Assembly (NCBI GenBank): GCA_963736045.1
Contig: CAVTNK010000006.1
Coordinates: forward strand, 104,124 to 168,123
DNA: 64,000 nt
Direction: 5' to 3'
From: an uncultured Actinomycetes bacterium
Lineage (GTDB): Bacteria > Actinomycetota > Thermoleophilia > Gaiellales > Gaiellaceae
Positions within the stretch are counted from its first letter, which is position 1, and every line of letters begins with the position of its first letter. The notes below the pieces were generated by a model, which saw only the letters and a list, made by a program, of their open reading frames with translations, had not been told where the DNA came from and ran no database searches. A program made the position numbers and the translations under genes. Positions 1-12,173 of the stretch are shown here, piece by piece.

Positions 1-1
1 G

Positions 2-1067
2 CCCGACGAGACGAAGCTCGCGGACTGCCACGAGCAGCTCTGCTTCGAGCAGGCGTTCGGCAACGTCGCCTACTACACGGGCCCGAAGGCCGCGATCAAC
101 GCTCTTCGCGCAAGCAGATGGCGGCGAACAAGGCGTCGAGGCCGGCTGCCACCGGATCGCGCACACGATCGGCTCAGCGCCTCGCTCGTTCGCTTCCACG
201 GCGACATCCCCAAGGCGTTCGCGCAGGGTCGCTCGATCTGCTGGTCGGGCTACTACCACGGCATCCTCGAGCGCGCGTTCTGCGGCGTCTCGACCGAGGC
301 CGGGCTGATCAAGGCCGCCCGCGGCGTCTGCTCGAGCGCCGTCGCTCCGGCGCGACCAGTGGCTCCTCTACCAGTGCGTGCACGGCCTCGGGCACGGACT
401 GATGATCGCGACCGGCCTACGACCTGCCGTTCTCGCTGCACGTCTGCGACAAGCTGCCAGACGCCCTGGGATCAGACCTCCTGCACGGGCGGCGTCTACA
501 TGGAGAACGTCAACGCGGCGAACGGGACCGTCTACGGCGGCAAGACGCCCTGGCTGAAGGCGAGCGATCTCGTCTACCCGTGCGACGCGCCGGTGACGAA
601 GGGCCAGCGGCTCTACTGCTATCTGATGGTCACGTCGCGCGTCCTGGCCGCGAACGGCTACGACTGTCAAGGCGACGGCCAAGGTCTGCGCGCAGGCGTC
701 GAGAAGCCTGGATCGCGACGTGCTTCCAGTCGTTCGGGCGCGACGCGGACGGCTCGACGCGACAGGACCCCGTGCAAGGTCAAGGCCCTCTGCAAGCTGG
801 CCGGCCGCTGGGAAGTCGCAGTGCATCTACGGCGCCGTCCGCGACATGACCTCGAACTACGCCGGCGGCCGCGGCCTCGGTGTTCTGCCGGAAGGTCGAC
901 GCGAGACTTCAGGGCGTACTGCTTCGAGGGGATCGGGACGATCCTCGGGACGCTCCACGCCGAAGACGGCGGGCGCGACCGGGCCGTGTGCTCGACGTGA
1001 CCCCGCCCGCTTCCTGAACGCGTGCCTACGCGGCGCAGGAGTACCGGCTTACGGCCTAGAATCGTAG
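2..1067 (+). pseudogene. Cys/His-rich conserved hypothetical protein, 5'-partial, frame broken several times as assembled
   Basis: Protein-like motifs (CHEQLCFEQAFGN, GCHRIAHTIG, YQCVHGLGHGLM, CTGGVYMEN, CFQSFGRDADG, YCFEGIGTILG) are spread over all three + frames (ORFs 118-402, 359-1000, 580-849, 720-1067). No family recognised. Confidence 0.35.
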
Positions 1068-1101
1068 AGCCGCCAACGTCGGCGCAAGGGCGGACACGAC
1101 G

Positions 1102-2714
1102 ATAGCCACGACGACCGAGATCGAGCTGCGCGGACCGGTCGGCCTCGCCGATCACGGGCTCGTCCCGGGCGGCCGCGTGCACTGGAACCCGACGACGTCG
1201 CTGCTCTATACGCGCACGCTCTGCGCGCGGCGAGGGCGTGCTCGCCGAGGGCGGCCCGCTCGTCGTCGACACCGGTCGCTCTCACCGGCCGCTCGCCGAA
1301 GGACAAGTTCGTCGTCCGCGAGCCCGGGTCGGAGGAGCGGATCTGGTGGGGCGAGCGTCAACCAGCCGATCGCCGAGGAGCGCTTCGACGGCCTGCGTGC
1401 CAAGGTCGTCTCGTACCTCGAGCGCGAGCCGGAGCTCTTCGTCGTCGACGCCTTCGCCGGTGCCGACCGAGCCCACCGCCTCGCCGTTCGGGTCGTCACC
1501 GCAAGCCCCTGGCACGCGCTGTTCGCGAAGACGCTGTTCATCGAACCGACCGAGGAGGAGATCGCTGGTCACGAGCCGCAGGCGCTCGTACTCCACGCAC
1601 CGCCGGTCGAGGCCGATCCCGACGAGGACGGCACGCGCAGCAGCACGTTCGTCTGCCTGCACCCCTCGCGCTGCGAGATCCTGATCGGCGGCACGCTAGT
1701 ACGCCGGCGAGATCAAGAAGTCGATCTTCACGCTCATGAACGACCGGCTGCCGCTGGGCGGCGTCTTCCCCATGCACTGCTCGGCCAACGTCGACGACCA
1801 CGGGCAGGTCGCAGTCTTCTTCGGGCTCTCGGGAACGGGCAAGACGACGCTGTCAGCCGATCCGGACCGGCACCTGATCGGAGACGACGAGCACGGTTGG
1901 GGGGAAAGCGGCGTTTTCAACATCGAGGGCGGTTGCTACGCGAAGGTGATCCGCCTCTCGGAGGACGCCGAGCCGGAGATCTTCCGCACGACGCGGACGT
2001 TCGGCACCGTGCTCGAGAACGTGGCCGTCGACAGCCACGGCGTGCTCGACCTCGACGACGACTCGAAGACCGAGAACACGAGGGCCGCCTACCGGCTGGA
2101 GCAGATCGCAAACGCCCTGCCCACCAAGCAGGCTGGTCATCCGAGCACCGTGGTCATGCTCACGGCGGACGCGTTCGGGATCCTGCCCCCGATCGCGAGG
2201 CTCACTCGCGAGCAGGCGATGTTCTACTTTCTCTCCGGCTTCACCGCGAAGCTCGCTGGCACCGAGATCGGCGTCACCGAGCCGCAGCCCACCTTCTCGA
2301 CGTGTTTCGGCGCGCCGTTCCTTCCCCAGCCGCCTGCCGTCTACGCCCACATGCTCGGAGAGAAGCTCGAGCGTCACGGATCGGCCGTGTGGCTCGTGAA
2401 CACCGGCTGGACCGGAGGCCCGTACGGTGAAGGCGACAGGATGCCGATCGCTGCGACCCGCGCTCTTCTGCACGCTGCCCTCTCGCGCCGCCTCGACCGG
2501 GTCGGCTACCGCACCGATCCCGTCTTCGGCTTCGAGGTGCCGCTCGACGTGCCCGGGGTCGATCCGAGGCTCCTCGACCCTCGCTCCACCTGGCGCGATC
2601 CCGAGGCCTACGATCAGAAGGCGACTCGAGCTCGCCCGCATGTTCCGCGAGAACTTCGCCCGATTCGAGGGCACGGTCGGCGACGACGTCGTCGCGGCCG
2701 GACCTCGAATCTGA
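1102..2714 (+). pseudogene. pckA: Phosphoenolpyruvate carboxykinase (ATP), frame-disrupted as assembled
   Basis: [21 protein letters not shown] kinase-1a loop, [29 protein letters not shown] and [11 protein letters not shown] motifs. Normal overall length (about 537 codons), but the frame changes near 1236, 1281, 1355, 1700 and 2620. The expected start position reads ATA. Confidence 0.85.
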
Positions 2715-2755
2715 GTGAAGCAGCGCTGCCGGCCTTTCGTGTAGCGTCAAAGGCT

Positions 2756-4444
2756 GTGGAAGCCAAGCACGACGTCCTCGTCGTCGGAGCCGGCTGTGCC
2801 GGGATGCGGGCGGCTATCGAGGCCCACGATGCAGGCGCGGACGTCGCCGTCATCTCCAAGATCCATCCGGTTCGCAGTCACTCCGGCGCTGCTGAGGGCG
2901 GGATCAACGCCGCGCTCGGGAACGCCTCCGAGGACGATCCAGAGAAGCACGCGTTCGACACGGTCAAGGGCTCCGACTACCTCGGCGACCAGGACGCGAT
3001 CCAGGTCCTCTGCGACGAGGCGCCGGGTGACGTCTACCAGCTCGAGCGCTGGGGCGCCGTCTTCTCGCGCGACGAGGACGGCCGGATCGCGCAGCGTCCG
3101 TTCGGCGCCGCAGGCGAGCCGCGCACCGCCTACGCGGCCGACATCACGGGCCACGTGCTGATCCAGGTGCTCTACGAGCAGGTGATGAAGCGCGACCTCA
3201 CGGTCTACGAGGAGTGGTTCGCGTGGAAGCTCGTCGAGGAGCGACGGCCGCTGCCAGGGCGTGATCTGCTGGGACCTGCTGAACGGCGGACTGAAGACGA
3301 TCGGCGCCAAGACGATGATCCTCGCCACCGGCGGCGCGGGTCGGCTCTACGCCGGCACGACGAACGCCTACTCCTGCACCGGCGACGGCATGGCGCTGGC
3401 CTTCCAGCGTCGGCGTGCCGCTCAAGGACATGGAGATGATGCAGTTCCACCCGACGACGCTGGCGCCGTCCGGCGTGCTGATCACCGAAGGCTGCCGCGG
3501 CGAGGGCGCATACCTGCTCAACTCCGAGGACGACCGCTTCCTGAAGCGGTACGCGCCGAACGCGATGGAGCTCGCCTCCCGCGACGTGATCTCTCGCGCC
3601 GAGCAGACCGAGATCGACGAGGGCCGCGGGATCGACGGGAACGTCCTCCTCGACCTGCGTCACCTCGGCGCCGAGAGGATCCTCGAGCGCCTGCACGGCA
3701 CGCGTGAGCTGTCGATGGTCTTCGCCGGCGTCGATCCGATCTACGAGCCGATCCCCGTCCGGCCGGGCGCCCACTACCACATGGGCGGCGTCGATACGGA
3801 CGTCTGGGGCTGGACCGAGCTCGAGGGTCTCTACGCCGCCGGCGAGTGCGCCTGCGTGTCGGTGCACGGCGCGAACCGGCTCGGCGGCAACGCCCTGATG
3901 GAGACGATCACCTACGGCAAGCGCGCGGGCGCGCACGCGGCCGAGTGGGCACTGACGCACACGACCGTCACCGTGCCGCCGAGCGTCGAGGCCGACGCCG
4001 AGCGCGAGCTGCAAGGCGCTGCTCGACCGCACGGAGACGGCGAGCGACCGTGGTCGATCCGCGACGAGCTGGCCGAGACGATGCACGAGAACTTCGGCGT
4101 CTTCCGGCGCGAGGAGCAGATGCTGCGCCAGGGGGAGATCATCGCCGAGTTGAGGGAGCGGTACGAGCGCGTGGTCGTCGATGACAAGGGCAGACGTGTT
4201 CAACACCGACCTCACGCAGGCGCTCGAGCTCGGTTTCCTGCTCGAGCTCGCCGACTGCATGGTCGTCTCGGGCCTCGCCCGGAAGGAGAGCCGCGGAGCG
4301 CACGCCCGGCCGTACGACTATCCTGATCGGGACGACGAGAACTTCATGAAGCACACGATCGTGCGTTCGGTCGACGGTCGACCCGAGCTCGACTGGCGGC
4401 CGGTGACGATGACGAAATGGCAGCCCCAGGAGAGGAAGTACTGA
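2756..4444 (+). pseudogene. sdhA: Succinate dehydrogenase/fumarate reductase flavoprotein subunit, frame-disrupted as assembled
   Basis: [17 protein letters not shown] fold, [17 protein letters not shown] (covalent-FAD His region), MMQFHPT, GCRGEGAYL, HYHMGGV, SVHGANRLGGNAL, ESRGAHAR. Frame changes near 3245, 3410 and 4185. GTG start after AAAGG. Confidence 0.85.
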
Positions 4445-5398
4445 TGTCGCATTCGTCCGTTCAGACTCAGGACTCGTCGTCCTGGCGCTCGATGCCTCGC
4501 GCTCGCGCGCCACGGCCACGGTCGCGCTGCCGCGCTCGGCAGCGCGACCGACGATCGCGCCGCCGTCCAGCACGCCGTCGACAAGACGTCGAAGGCCGCG
4601 AGCGAGAGCCAGCTTCGCCTGCTCGGTCGATCTCGAGCGGCGGAAGTCGTCCGCCGAGCGGCACCTTCACCGTCTCGCGGCAGCGGCGCCATCGACAACC
4701 GCGCACCAGGCCGCGAAGATCACGATCAACCTCGGCGCGCTCTGCGGCGGCGCTCGGCGGAGTCGACGGGCGGGTCACGGTGCCCGAGAAGATCGACATC
4801 GTCCTTGTCAAGCACGTTCTCTACGTCCACATTCCGGCGCTCGCGAAGACGGTCTCCGCCGGCAAGGAGTGGCTGAAGTTCGACTCCGGCGACGGTGTCG
4901 AAGAGCTCGACCAGCGGCGTCGAATCCGACTCAGCTCACGAGCCTGAACCCGAAGCAGGCGCTCTCGGTCGCTGACGCGGCGCGGTCTCGTGCACAAGGT
5001 CGGCTCGAGCGACCGATCGGCGGGGCACTCGACGACGCACTACGTGGTGACGGTCAACGCCCGAAGCGCCGTCAACGGCGCGTGCCGAAGGCGCCAGCGT
5101 GCGCACGACCCTCAAGTCGATCAAGGCAGCTGGGCGTCAAGACGGTCCCGGTCGACGTCTACGTCGGACGGCTCCGGCTCCTGCGCCGCGCGAATCGACC
5201 CTCGCGGAGCCTCAAGGACGCAGAAGGGCTCGGCAGGGGTCACGATCGAGCGCTGTCGCGCGACCCTGTCCGTCGACCCTACGGCTTCAAGGTGCACGCG
5301 GTGAGCGTCTCGGCCCCGCCGGCGAGCAAGGTCGCCGACGCGAGCAAGGTGCTCGTCGCAGCTCCGGGCGTCCTCGCGGCGGCGCGACCGGAGGCTGA
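4444..5398 (+). pseudogene. Hypothetical protein (possible lipoprotein-like) between sdhA and sdhB, frame-disrupted
   Basis: Protein-like stretches in different frames ([40 protein letters not shown]; [16 protein letters not shown]; [11 protein letters not shown]; [24 protein letters not shown]). TGATG overlaps at both ends (4442-4446 and 5396-5400). Confidence 0.3.
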
Positions 5399-6439
5399 TG
5401 GACGTCGCACTCAAGATCTGGCGCTTCGACCCCGTGAGCGGGCGAGCGAGTACTCAAGCGACTACGAGGTCGAGGCGCCGGAGTGGGCGTGCCTGCTCGA
5501 CGTGCTCGACCTCGTCAAGGACAAGGTCGACGGGACGCTCGCCTACCGCAAGAGCTGCCGGATGATGATCTGCGGCTCCTGCGGGATGCGGATGGACGGT
5601 CGCGCCGTGCTCGCCTGCAAGGAGCGGATGAAGCCGATCGTCGACAGCGGGCCACGTTCCCGTGATCTCGGCGATGGGCAACCTGCCGGTCGTCAAGGAC
5701 CTCGTGGTCGACATGGAGCCGTTCTGGCCGAAGATGCGCGCGATGAAGCCGTGGCTCGAGCCCGGCTACTCCGACCCGGGCGAGAAGGAGAACATCGTCT
5801 CGCAGGAGCGGATGGAGGTGATCCACAAGGAGTCGCTCTGCATCAATTGCGGCTGCTGCGTCTCCGAGTGCAACTCGATGGAGTCGGATCCCGAGTTCCT
5901 CGGCCCGGCCGCGCTCGCGAAGGGCATGCGCTTCGTCGGCGACCCGCGCGACCAGGAGACCGTCGAGCGGCTCGAGAGCTACAGCGACTAGCACGGGATC
6001 TGGGACTGCACGCGTTGCTACTTCTGCACGGAGCGTTGCCCGAAGGGCGTCGACCCGCGCGACGCGATCGCCAAGCTCGGCGCCGAGGCGATGCGCCACG
6101 GCATCGACCGCGACATGGGCGCAAAGCACGCGAAGTGGTTCGTCACCTCGCTCGAAGACGACCGGCTGGCTGCGCGAGACCGAGCTCGTCCCGAAGACGC
6201 AGGGCGTCGTCGACCTCGATCAAGGAGATGAAGTTCGCGATGAACCTCGCCCGGCACGGCAAGGTGCCGCTGCCGTTCCCGCCGCACGTCGCCAAGGACG
6301 TCGACGAGGCTCGCGCGCTCTACGACCTCGTCAACCAGCAGGGTCGCGACGGCGCGGCCGGCATCGTCCAGGGCGAGAAGGCGATCTCGCGCATCGAGTT
6401 CGCCGAGGAGACTGCGCATCGGGAGGAGAACGGCGGTGA
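5398..6439 (+). pseudogene. sdhB: Succinate dehydrogenase/fumarate reductase iron-sulfur subunit with C-terminal extension; frameshifts plus an in-frame TAG
   Basis: [12 protein letters not shown] start, 2Fe-2S motif [22 protein letters not shown], 4Fe-4S motifs [11 protein letters not shown] and [15 protein letters not shown] at 5989-5991 lies in the same frame between the two ferredoxin motifs. Frame changes near 5450, 5655, 6155 and 6215. Probable stop overlaps the next start as GTGA at 6436-6439. Confidence 0.75.
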
Positions 6440-7326
6440 AGAAGGTGTCGCGTACTACAAGGGCTGCCTCGCCTCGCTCTCGGCCAAGGAGCTCGACATC
6501 TCGACCCAGGCGCTTGCCCCGAGGCTCGGGCTCGAGCTCGAGGAGCTCGAGTCGGTCACCTGCTGCGGGGCCGGCGACATCCACGAGGCGGAGCCCGACT
6601 ACTACCTGCACCTGAACGCGCGCATCCTCGCCTACGCGGAGCAGACCGGCTCGGACACGCTGATGACGATCTGCAACGTCTGCACGCTCAACCTGCGGCA
6701 GGCGAACTGGCAGCTCGAAGATCGACGACGGGCTCCTGCGCGAGCGGGTCAACGAGAACCTCGAGGCGGTCGGCGCTCCCCGCTACGAGGGCGGGGTGGA
6801 GGTGAAGCACCTGCTCTGGCTGATCCGCGAGGGCGAGGGCTTCGAGCTGCTCAAGGACGTCGCGCACAGGGGGCTGAAGGGGCTCAAGATCGCGCCCTTC
6901 TACGGCTGTCAGATCCTGCGGCCGTCGAAGATACTCGGCTTCGAGGATCCCGACCGGCCCTCGTCGCTCGAGCGGATCATCGAGGCCTGCGGCGGCGAGT
7001 CGATCGACTATCCGGCCAAGCTCAAGTGCTGCGGCTTCCCGATCATCCAGGCGCGTGAGGAAGTCGCGCTCGGCGAGCTGATCCAGCCGATCGAGCAGGC
7101 GATCGAGGCCGGCGCGGACGCGATGGTCACGCCCTGCCCGCTCTGCCACCTGTCGCTGGACGCGTGGCAGTCGAAGCTCGAGAAGTCGACCGGCCGCACG
7201 CTGGGGATGCCGATCATCCACCTCTCGCAGCTGATCGGCGTCGCCGCCGGCCTCGACGAGTCCGAGCTCAGGTTCAAGCGGCACGTCGTCCCGGTCGACC
7301 CGGTCGTCGAGAAGCTCGAAGTCTGA
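6436..7326 (+). pseudogene. CCG-domain (HdrB-like) subunit of a non-classical SDH/FRD, frame-disrupted
   Basis: GGGAGGAG RBS 7 nt before GTG 6436. AYYKGC..., two Cys-rich CCG motifs ([14 protein letters not shown] and [11 protein letters not shown]), and TPCPLCH. One indel right after the start and one near 6720. Confidence 0.7.
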
Positions 7327-7330
7327 CTGC

Positions 7331-7357
7331 ACGGGGGAAACGGCCGGTTTCCCCCGT
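7331..7357 (+). terminator. GC-rich hairpin after the SDH cluster
   Basis: ACGGGGGAAAC-GGCCG-GTTTCCCCCGT, an 11-bp perfect stem 5 nt after the stop codon. Confidence 0.5.
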
Positions 7358-7465
7358 GAGCCCCCTTCCCGCCGAGGTCGCGTCGCGACTCGCGCGTGAG
7401 CTACGCCGGGCGAAGCCCGGCTCCGTCGGTAGAGGCCGCATCGCCCGTACGGACCGCCTGACGCT

Positions 7466-8293
7466 GTGGATCTGCTCGCCTGGGCATCGGGATCGGGCTG
7501 GGCGCCTGTTGCGCTCGTCTGCCTGGCGTGGGGCTGGTTCGAGGCGGGATGGCTGCGGTTGCGGACGCTGCTCGAGCTCCCGGTCCACGGGCTGCCGCCG
7601 GAGCTCGCCGGGCTGACCGCATCGTCCACCTCTCCGACTTCCATCTCGGGCGTGCCGTCGCGCGGCGGCCGCGCCGTGCGCCGCGGCAGTCGACTGGGCC
7701 GCGGGCGCGACGCCGACCTCGTCGTCGTCACGGGCGATCTTGTCTCGCGCCCCTCGGGCGAGGCCGTTCTGCGCGAGCTCGTTCGGACAGCTCGCGCGCT
7801 GCTACGCGATCCTCGGCAACCACGATCTCGGCCATCAGCCGCGACCCGTTCTCGCGGCAGGTCGTGATCCGACGAGCTGGAGCCGGCCATGCTGCTCCTC
7901 GACGACGGACGGATGCTCGACGCTGCGCGGACGGTCGGTCTGGCTCGCCGGCTTCGATCCCCGCTCGCGCAACCACGAGCCCGACCTGAGCTACGAGGCC
8001 GATCTCCGCATCGTCCTCTCCCACTTCCCGTCCGTGCTCGATCGGCTGTCGACCCGGCTCGTTCGACCTCGTCCTTGCCGGGCACATGCACGACGGCCAG
8101 ATCTGCCTCCCGTACCCGGGCGGCAAGGTGCGCCTCGCGCACCCGCGTGCGTCGCGGTACACGCACGCGGACCTACCGGCGAGGAGGAGACGGTCATGCA
8201 CGTCTCGCCCGGGCTCGGCACGACCTTCGTGCCGTTCCGCTTCTTCGCGCGGCCCGAGGCGACCGAGCTCGTTCTGCGAGCCCGCCTCCGTAG
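7466..8293 (+). pseudogene. Membrane-anchored metallophosphoesterase (YkuE/calcineurin-like), frame-disrupted
   Basis: N-terminal TM helix, then RIVHLSDFHLG, DLVVVTGDLV, LGNHD, LAGHMHDGQ and MHVSPGLGTTFVPFRFFARPE, spread over three frames (ORFs 7466-7867, 7528-7989, 7740-8792, 7889-8293). Confidence 0.65.
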
Positions 8294-8304
8294 ACTGCGT
8301 CCGG

Positions 8305-8962
8305 GTGGCACCACGGGTCTCAGGACTGACCGGAGCGACGCTCGTGACGGCGCCGGCCGTCTGCCACGACTGCGTCTGGTGGCAGTCGCGGAGCGGGCCG
8401 GGAGGTCGACAAGGACCGCTGGCGCGAGCGGATCGAGGAGGAGTGGGGCCCGTGGGGGACGCTCTACTCCGACGACGACGGCCGTCTCCTCGGCTCGATG
8501 CAGTACGGGCCAGCGGAGATGTTCCCGCGCGCCGCCGGGCTGCCGGCCGGACCACCGTCGGAAGACGCGCTGCTCGTCACCTGCGCCTACCTCGTCGAGC
8601 GCTCGACGCCGTGGGTCATGCAGTCGCTGTTCCTGGCCGTCATCGGCGACGCGCGCGACAAGGGTGCCCGCGCGGTCGAGGCCTTCGGCTACCGCTACCC
8701 CGAGGGCACGTCGTTGCACGAGCGCTTCGTCGCCACCGGACGATCTTCCCGCACGACTTCCTCGCCGACTTCGGCTTCCAGGTCGTGCGTAGTCGGGGGC
8801 CGTCGAGCTCGCGCGGCTCGAGCTGGGCGGCCTCGTGCCCGTCTGGAGGGCTCACGCGCGAAGGTCATGGGCGTGCTGCGGGGGATCTTCTCCCCGCCAG
8901 CCGGTGCCGGCGCCTCGGCCGTAACCCTGGAGGTCGCAGAGGAACCTCAGAGGGATCTCTGA
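8305..8962 (+). pseudogene. GNAT-like acetyltransferase-fold protein, frame-disrupted
   Basis: CHDCVWWQSR N-terminus, then GSMQYGPAEMFPRAAGLP...LLVTCAYLVE...VMQSLFLAVIGDARDKGARAVEAFGY. Pieces sit in ORFs 8086-8970 and 8498-8962. Confidence 0.4.
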
Positions 8963-8971
8963 GATTGTGAG

Positions 8972-9930
<959 letters not shown>

Positions 9931-9938
<8 letters not shown>

Positions 9939-11177
9939 GCGCAGCCTTCGCGCGAGCTCGTCCTCCGCGCCGAGCCCGAAGCGGTCGTGGATCGCCTGGA
10001 CCGCCCGCTCGACCTCGGCCGCGCGGACGACGCACGAGACGCGGATCGAGGAGGTGGAGATGATCTCCAGGTTGATCCCGGCTTCGGCGAGTGCGTCGAA
10101 CATGTCGGCCGCGACACCCGGGATGGCTCTTCATGCCCGGCGCCGATCAGCGACACCTTCGCGATCTCCGGGTCGGTGACGACGCCCGTGGCCCCGACCT
10201 CGCGAGCCGTGTCGCGCAGGATCGGCTCGGCGACGGCGATGTCCGTCTTCGGCAGCGTGAACGAGATCGTCGCGTGACCGTGCTCGGAGACGTTCTGCAC
10301 GATCATGTCGATGTTCACGCCCGCGTCGGCCAGCGGCCGGAACACGCGCGCAGCGATCCCCGGCCGGTCGGGGACGCCGAGCGATTGTCACCTTCGCCTC
10401 GGCGGTGTCGTGCGTGACGCCCGAGATGATCGCCTTCTCCAGCATGCGTTCGTCCTCCTCGCCGATCCAGGTGCCCGCCCCGTCACCGAACGACGAGCGG
10501 ACGTGCAGCATCACACCGTAGTTGCGCGCGAACTCGACGGAGCGCAGTGCCATCACCTTCGCACCCGACGCAGACATCTCGAGCATCTCCTCGTAGCTGA
10601 CCGCGTCCAGCTTGCTCGCCTCCGCGACCATGCGTGGGTCGGCGGTGAAGACGCCCTCGACGTCGGTGTAGATCTCGCATGACCTCGGCCTGCGAGCGCA
10701 GCGGCCAGCGCGACGGCCGTCGTGTCCGAGCCGCCACGGCCGAGGGTCGTGATCTCCATGACGGTCGAGACGCCCTGGAAGCCGGCGACGAGGACGATCT
10801 GGTCCTGGTCGAGGGCCTCGTGGATGCGCCGGCCCCGGACATCGACGATCTTCGCCTTCCCGTGCGTCGTGTCGGTGACGATGCCGGCCTGCGAGCCCGT
10901 CAGCGAGATCGCCTCGTGGCCGAGGTCGTTGATCGCCATGGCCGCGAGGGCCACCGAGATGCGCTCGCCGACCGAGATCAGCATGTCGAGCTCGCGCGGA
11001 TCCGGCGCGGATCGAGACCTGTGCGCGAGATCGATCAGCTCGTCGGTCGTCTTGCCCATCGCGGAGAGCACCGCGACCACGACGCGGCTGCCGGACTCGC
11101 GGGCCGCGACGATGCGCTGTGCGACGGCCTTCAGCCGCTCGGGGTCCGGCGACCGACGTGCCGCCGAACTTCATCAC
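9931..11177 (-). pseudogene. ask: Aspartokinase, frame-disrupted as assembled
   Basis: [65 protein letters not shown], and two ACT regions (MFRPLADAGVNIDMIVQ and MFDALAEAGINLEIISTS). Pieces are in at least four ORFs. Confidence 0.85.
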
Positions 11178-11300
11178 GATCGTGCCGACGCGCGCTGCCG
11201 GCCGGTCCTCCCCGGCGATCGTCGGAACGGCCTCGAAATGCGCTCGTGGCCATGCTCTGATTGTAGGCACAGCAGGTCGGACATAGACTCGGCTGTACCC

Positions 11301-12173
11301 GTGCCAGGTGAAGCATCGACAGTCGGAATCGTCAGTCCAGGGGCTATGGGAAGCGCGATCGGTCGGACCCTCGTGCGCAAGGGAACCCGGGTGGTGGCGT
11401 CGCTCGCCGGTAGGAGCGAGCGGACGGCCCGGTTTGCGGAGCGGGCCGGCATCGAGCGCCTGCCTGATCTCGATGAGGTCGTTCGGCAAGCGGACATTGT
11501 TCTCTCGGTCGCTCCGCCCGATCGGGCCGAGGCGATCGCGGCCGATGTCGCCGCGGCTGCAGCTCGGACCTCCGCCTCGCCGCTCGTCGCGGATCTGAAC
11601 GCCGTCTCGCCGCAGACCGCCCGCCGGATGGAGGCCACGCTCGCCGCCGCCGGTCTTGTGCTTGTCGACGGGTCGATCTCCGGTCCTCCCCCTCGCCGCC
11701 GCGGTGGGACGCGCATCTATCTGTCCGGCCGGGAGGCCGCGCGGGTCGCCGCGCTCCCGCTTCCCGGCGTCGAACTGATCCTCGTCGGCGCCGAGGTCGG
11801 CACGGCCTCGGCCGTGAAGATGTGCACGGCGTCGTTCTACAAGGGCTCCGTCGCCCTCCTCGCTCAGGCCCTGTTGACCGCCCGTGCGCACGGCGTCGTC
11901 GAGCACGTGCTCGACGATCTGAAGGCTGGCGATCCCAACATCGCTCGAAAGCCGGCGCTCAAGGTCGCCAGGGCGACGACGAAAGCGGAGCGGTATGTGG
12001 GCGAGATGCGCGAGATCTCGGCGACGCAGGAGGCGGCCGGCCTTCCACCCGAGCTGTTCGACGCGATGGCGATCGTCTACGCGAGGCTCGCCGCCTCGCG
12101 GCTCGCGCGTGAGCACCCCGAGGACCTCGGTGGTGGCCTCGCGCTCGACGACGTGCTGGACGCGCTCGGTTAG
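11301..12173 (+). CDS. NAD(P)-binding dehydrogenase (6-phosphogluconate/3-hydroxyisobutyrate dehydrogenase-like fold)
   Basis: VGIVSPGAMGSAIG Rossmann motif at the N-terminus, uninterrupted to the stop at 12173. GTG start at 11301. Embedded in the longer ORF 10722-12173. Confidence 0.6.
   Translation: MPGEASTVGIVSPGAMGSAIGRTLVRKGTRVVASLAGRSERTARFAERAGIERLPDLDEVVRQADIVLSVAPPDRAEAIAADVAAAAARTSASPLVADLNAVSPQTARRMEATLAAAGLVLVDGSISGPPPRRRGGTRIYLSGREAARVAALPLPGVELILVGAEVGTASAVKMCTASFYKGSVALLAQALLTARAHGVVEHVLDDLKAGDPNIARKPALKVARATTKAERYVGEMREISATQEAAGLPPELFDAMAIVYARLAASRLAREHPEDLGGGLALDDVLDALG

Noticed and set aside
1736-3439. 567-aa ORF that looks like a PckA-SdhA fusion protein
   Set aside because: The true PckA C-terminus ([16 protein letters not shown]...GPRI*) is in another frame (ORF 2427-2714). 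SdhA has its own GTG at 2756. The fusion is an artefact of a frameshift near 2620.
4869-7058. 729-aa ORF covering the sdhB region
   Set aside because: It is a chimera. Only 5450-5655 and 6222-6718 of this frame encode recognisable SdhB or CCG-subunit sequence. The rest is out-of-frame read-through.
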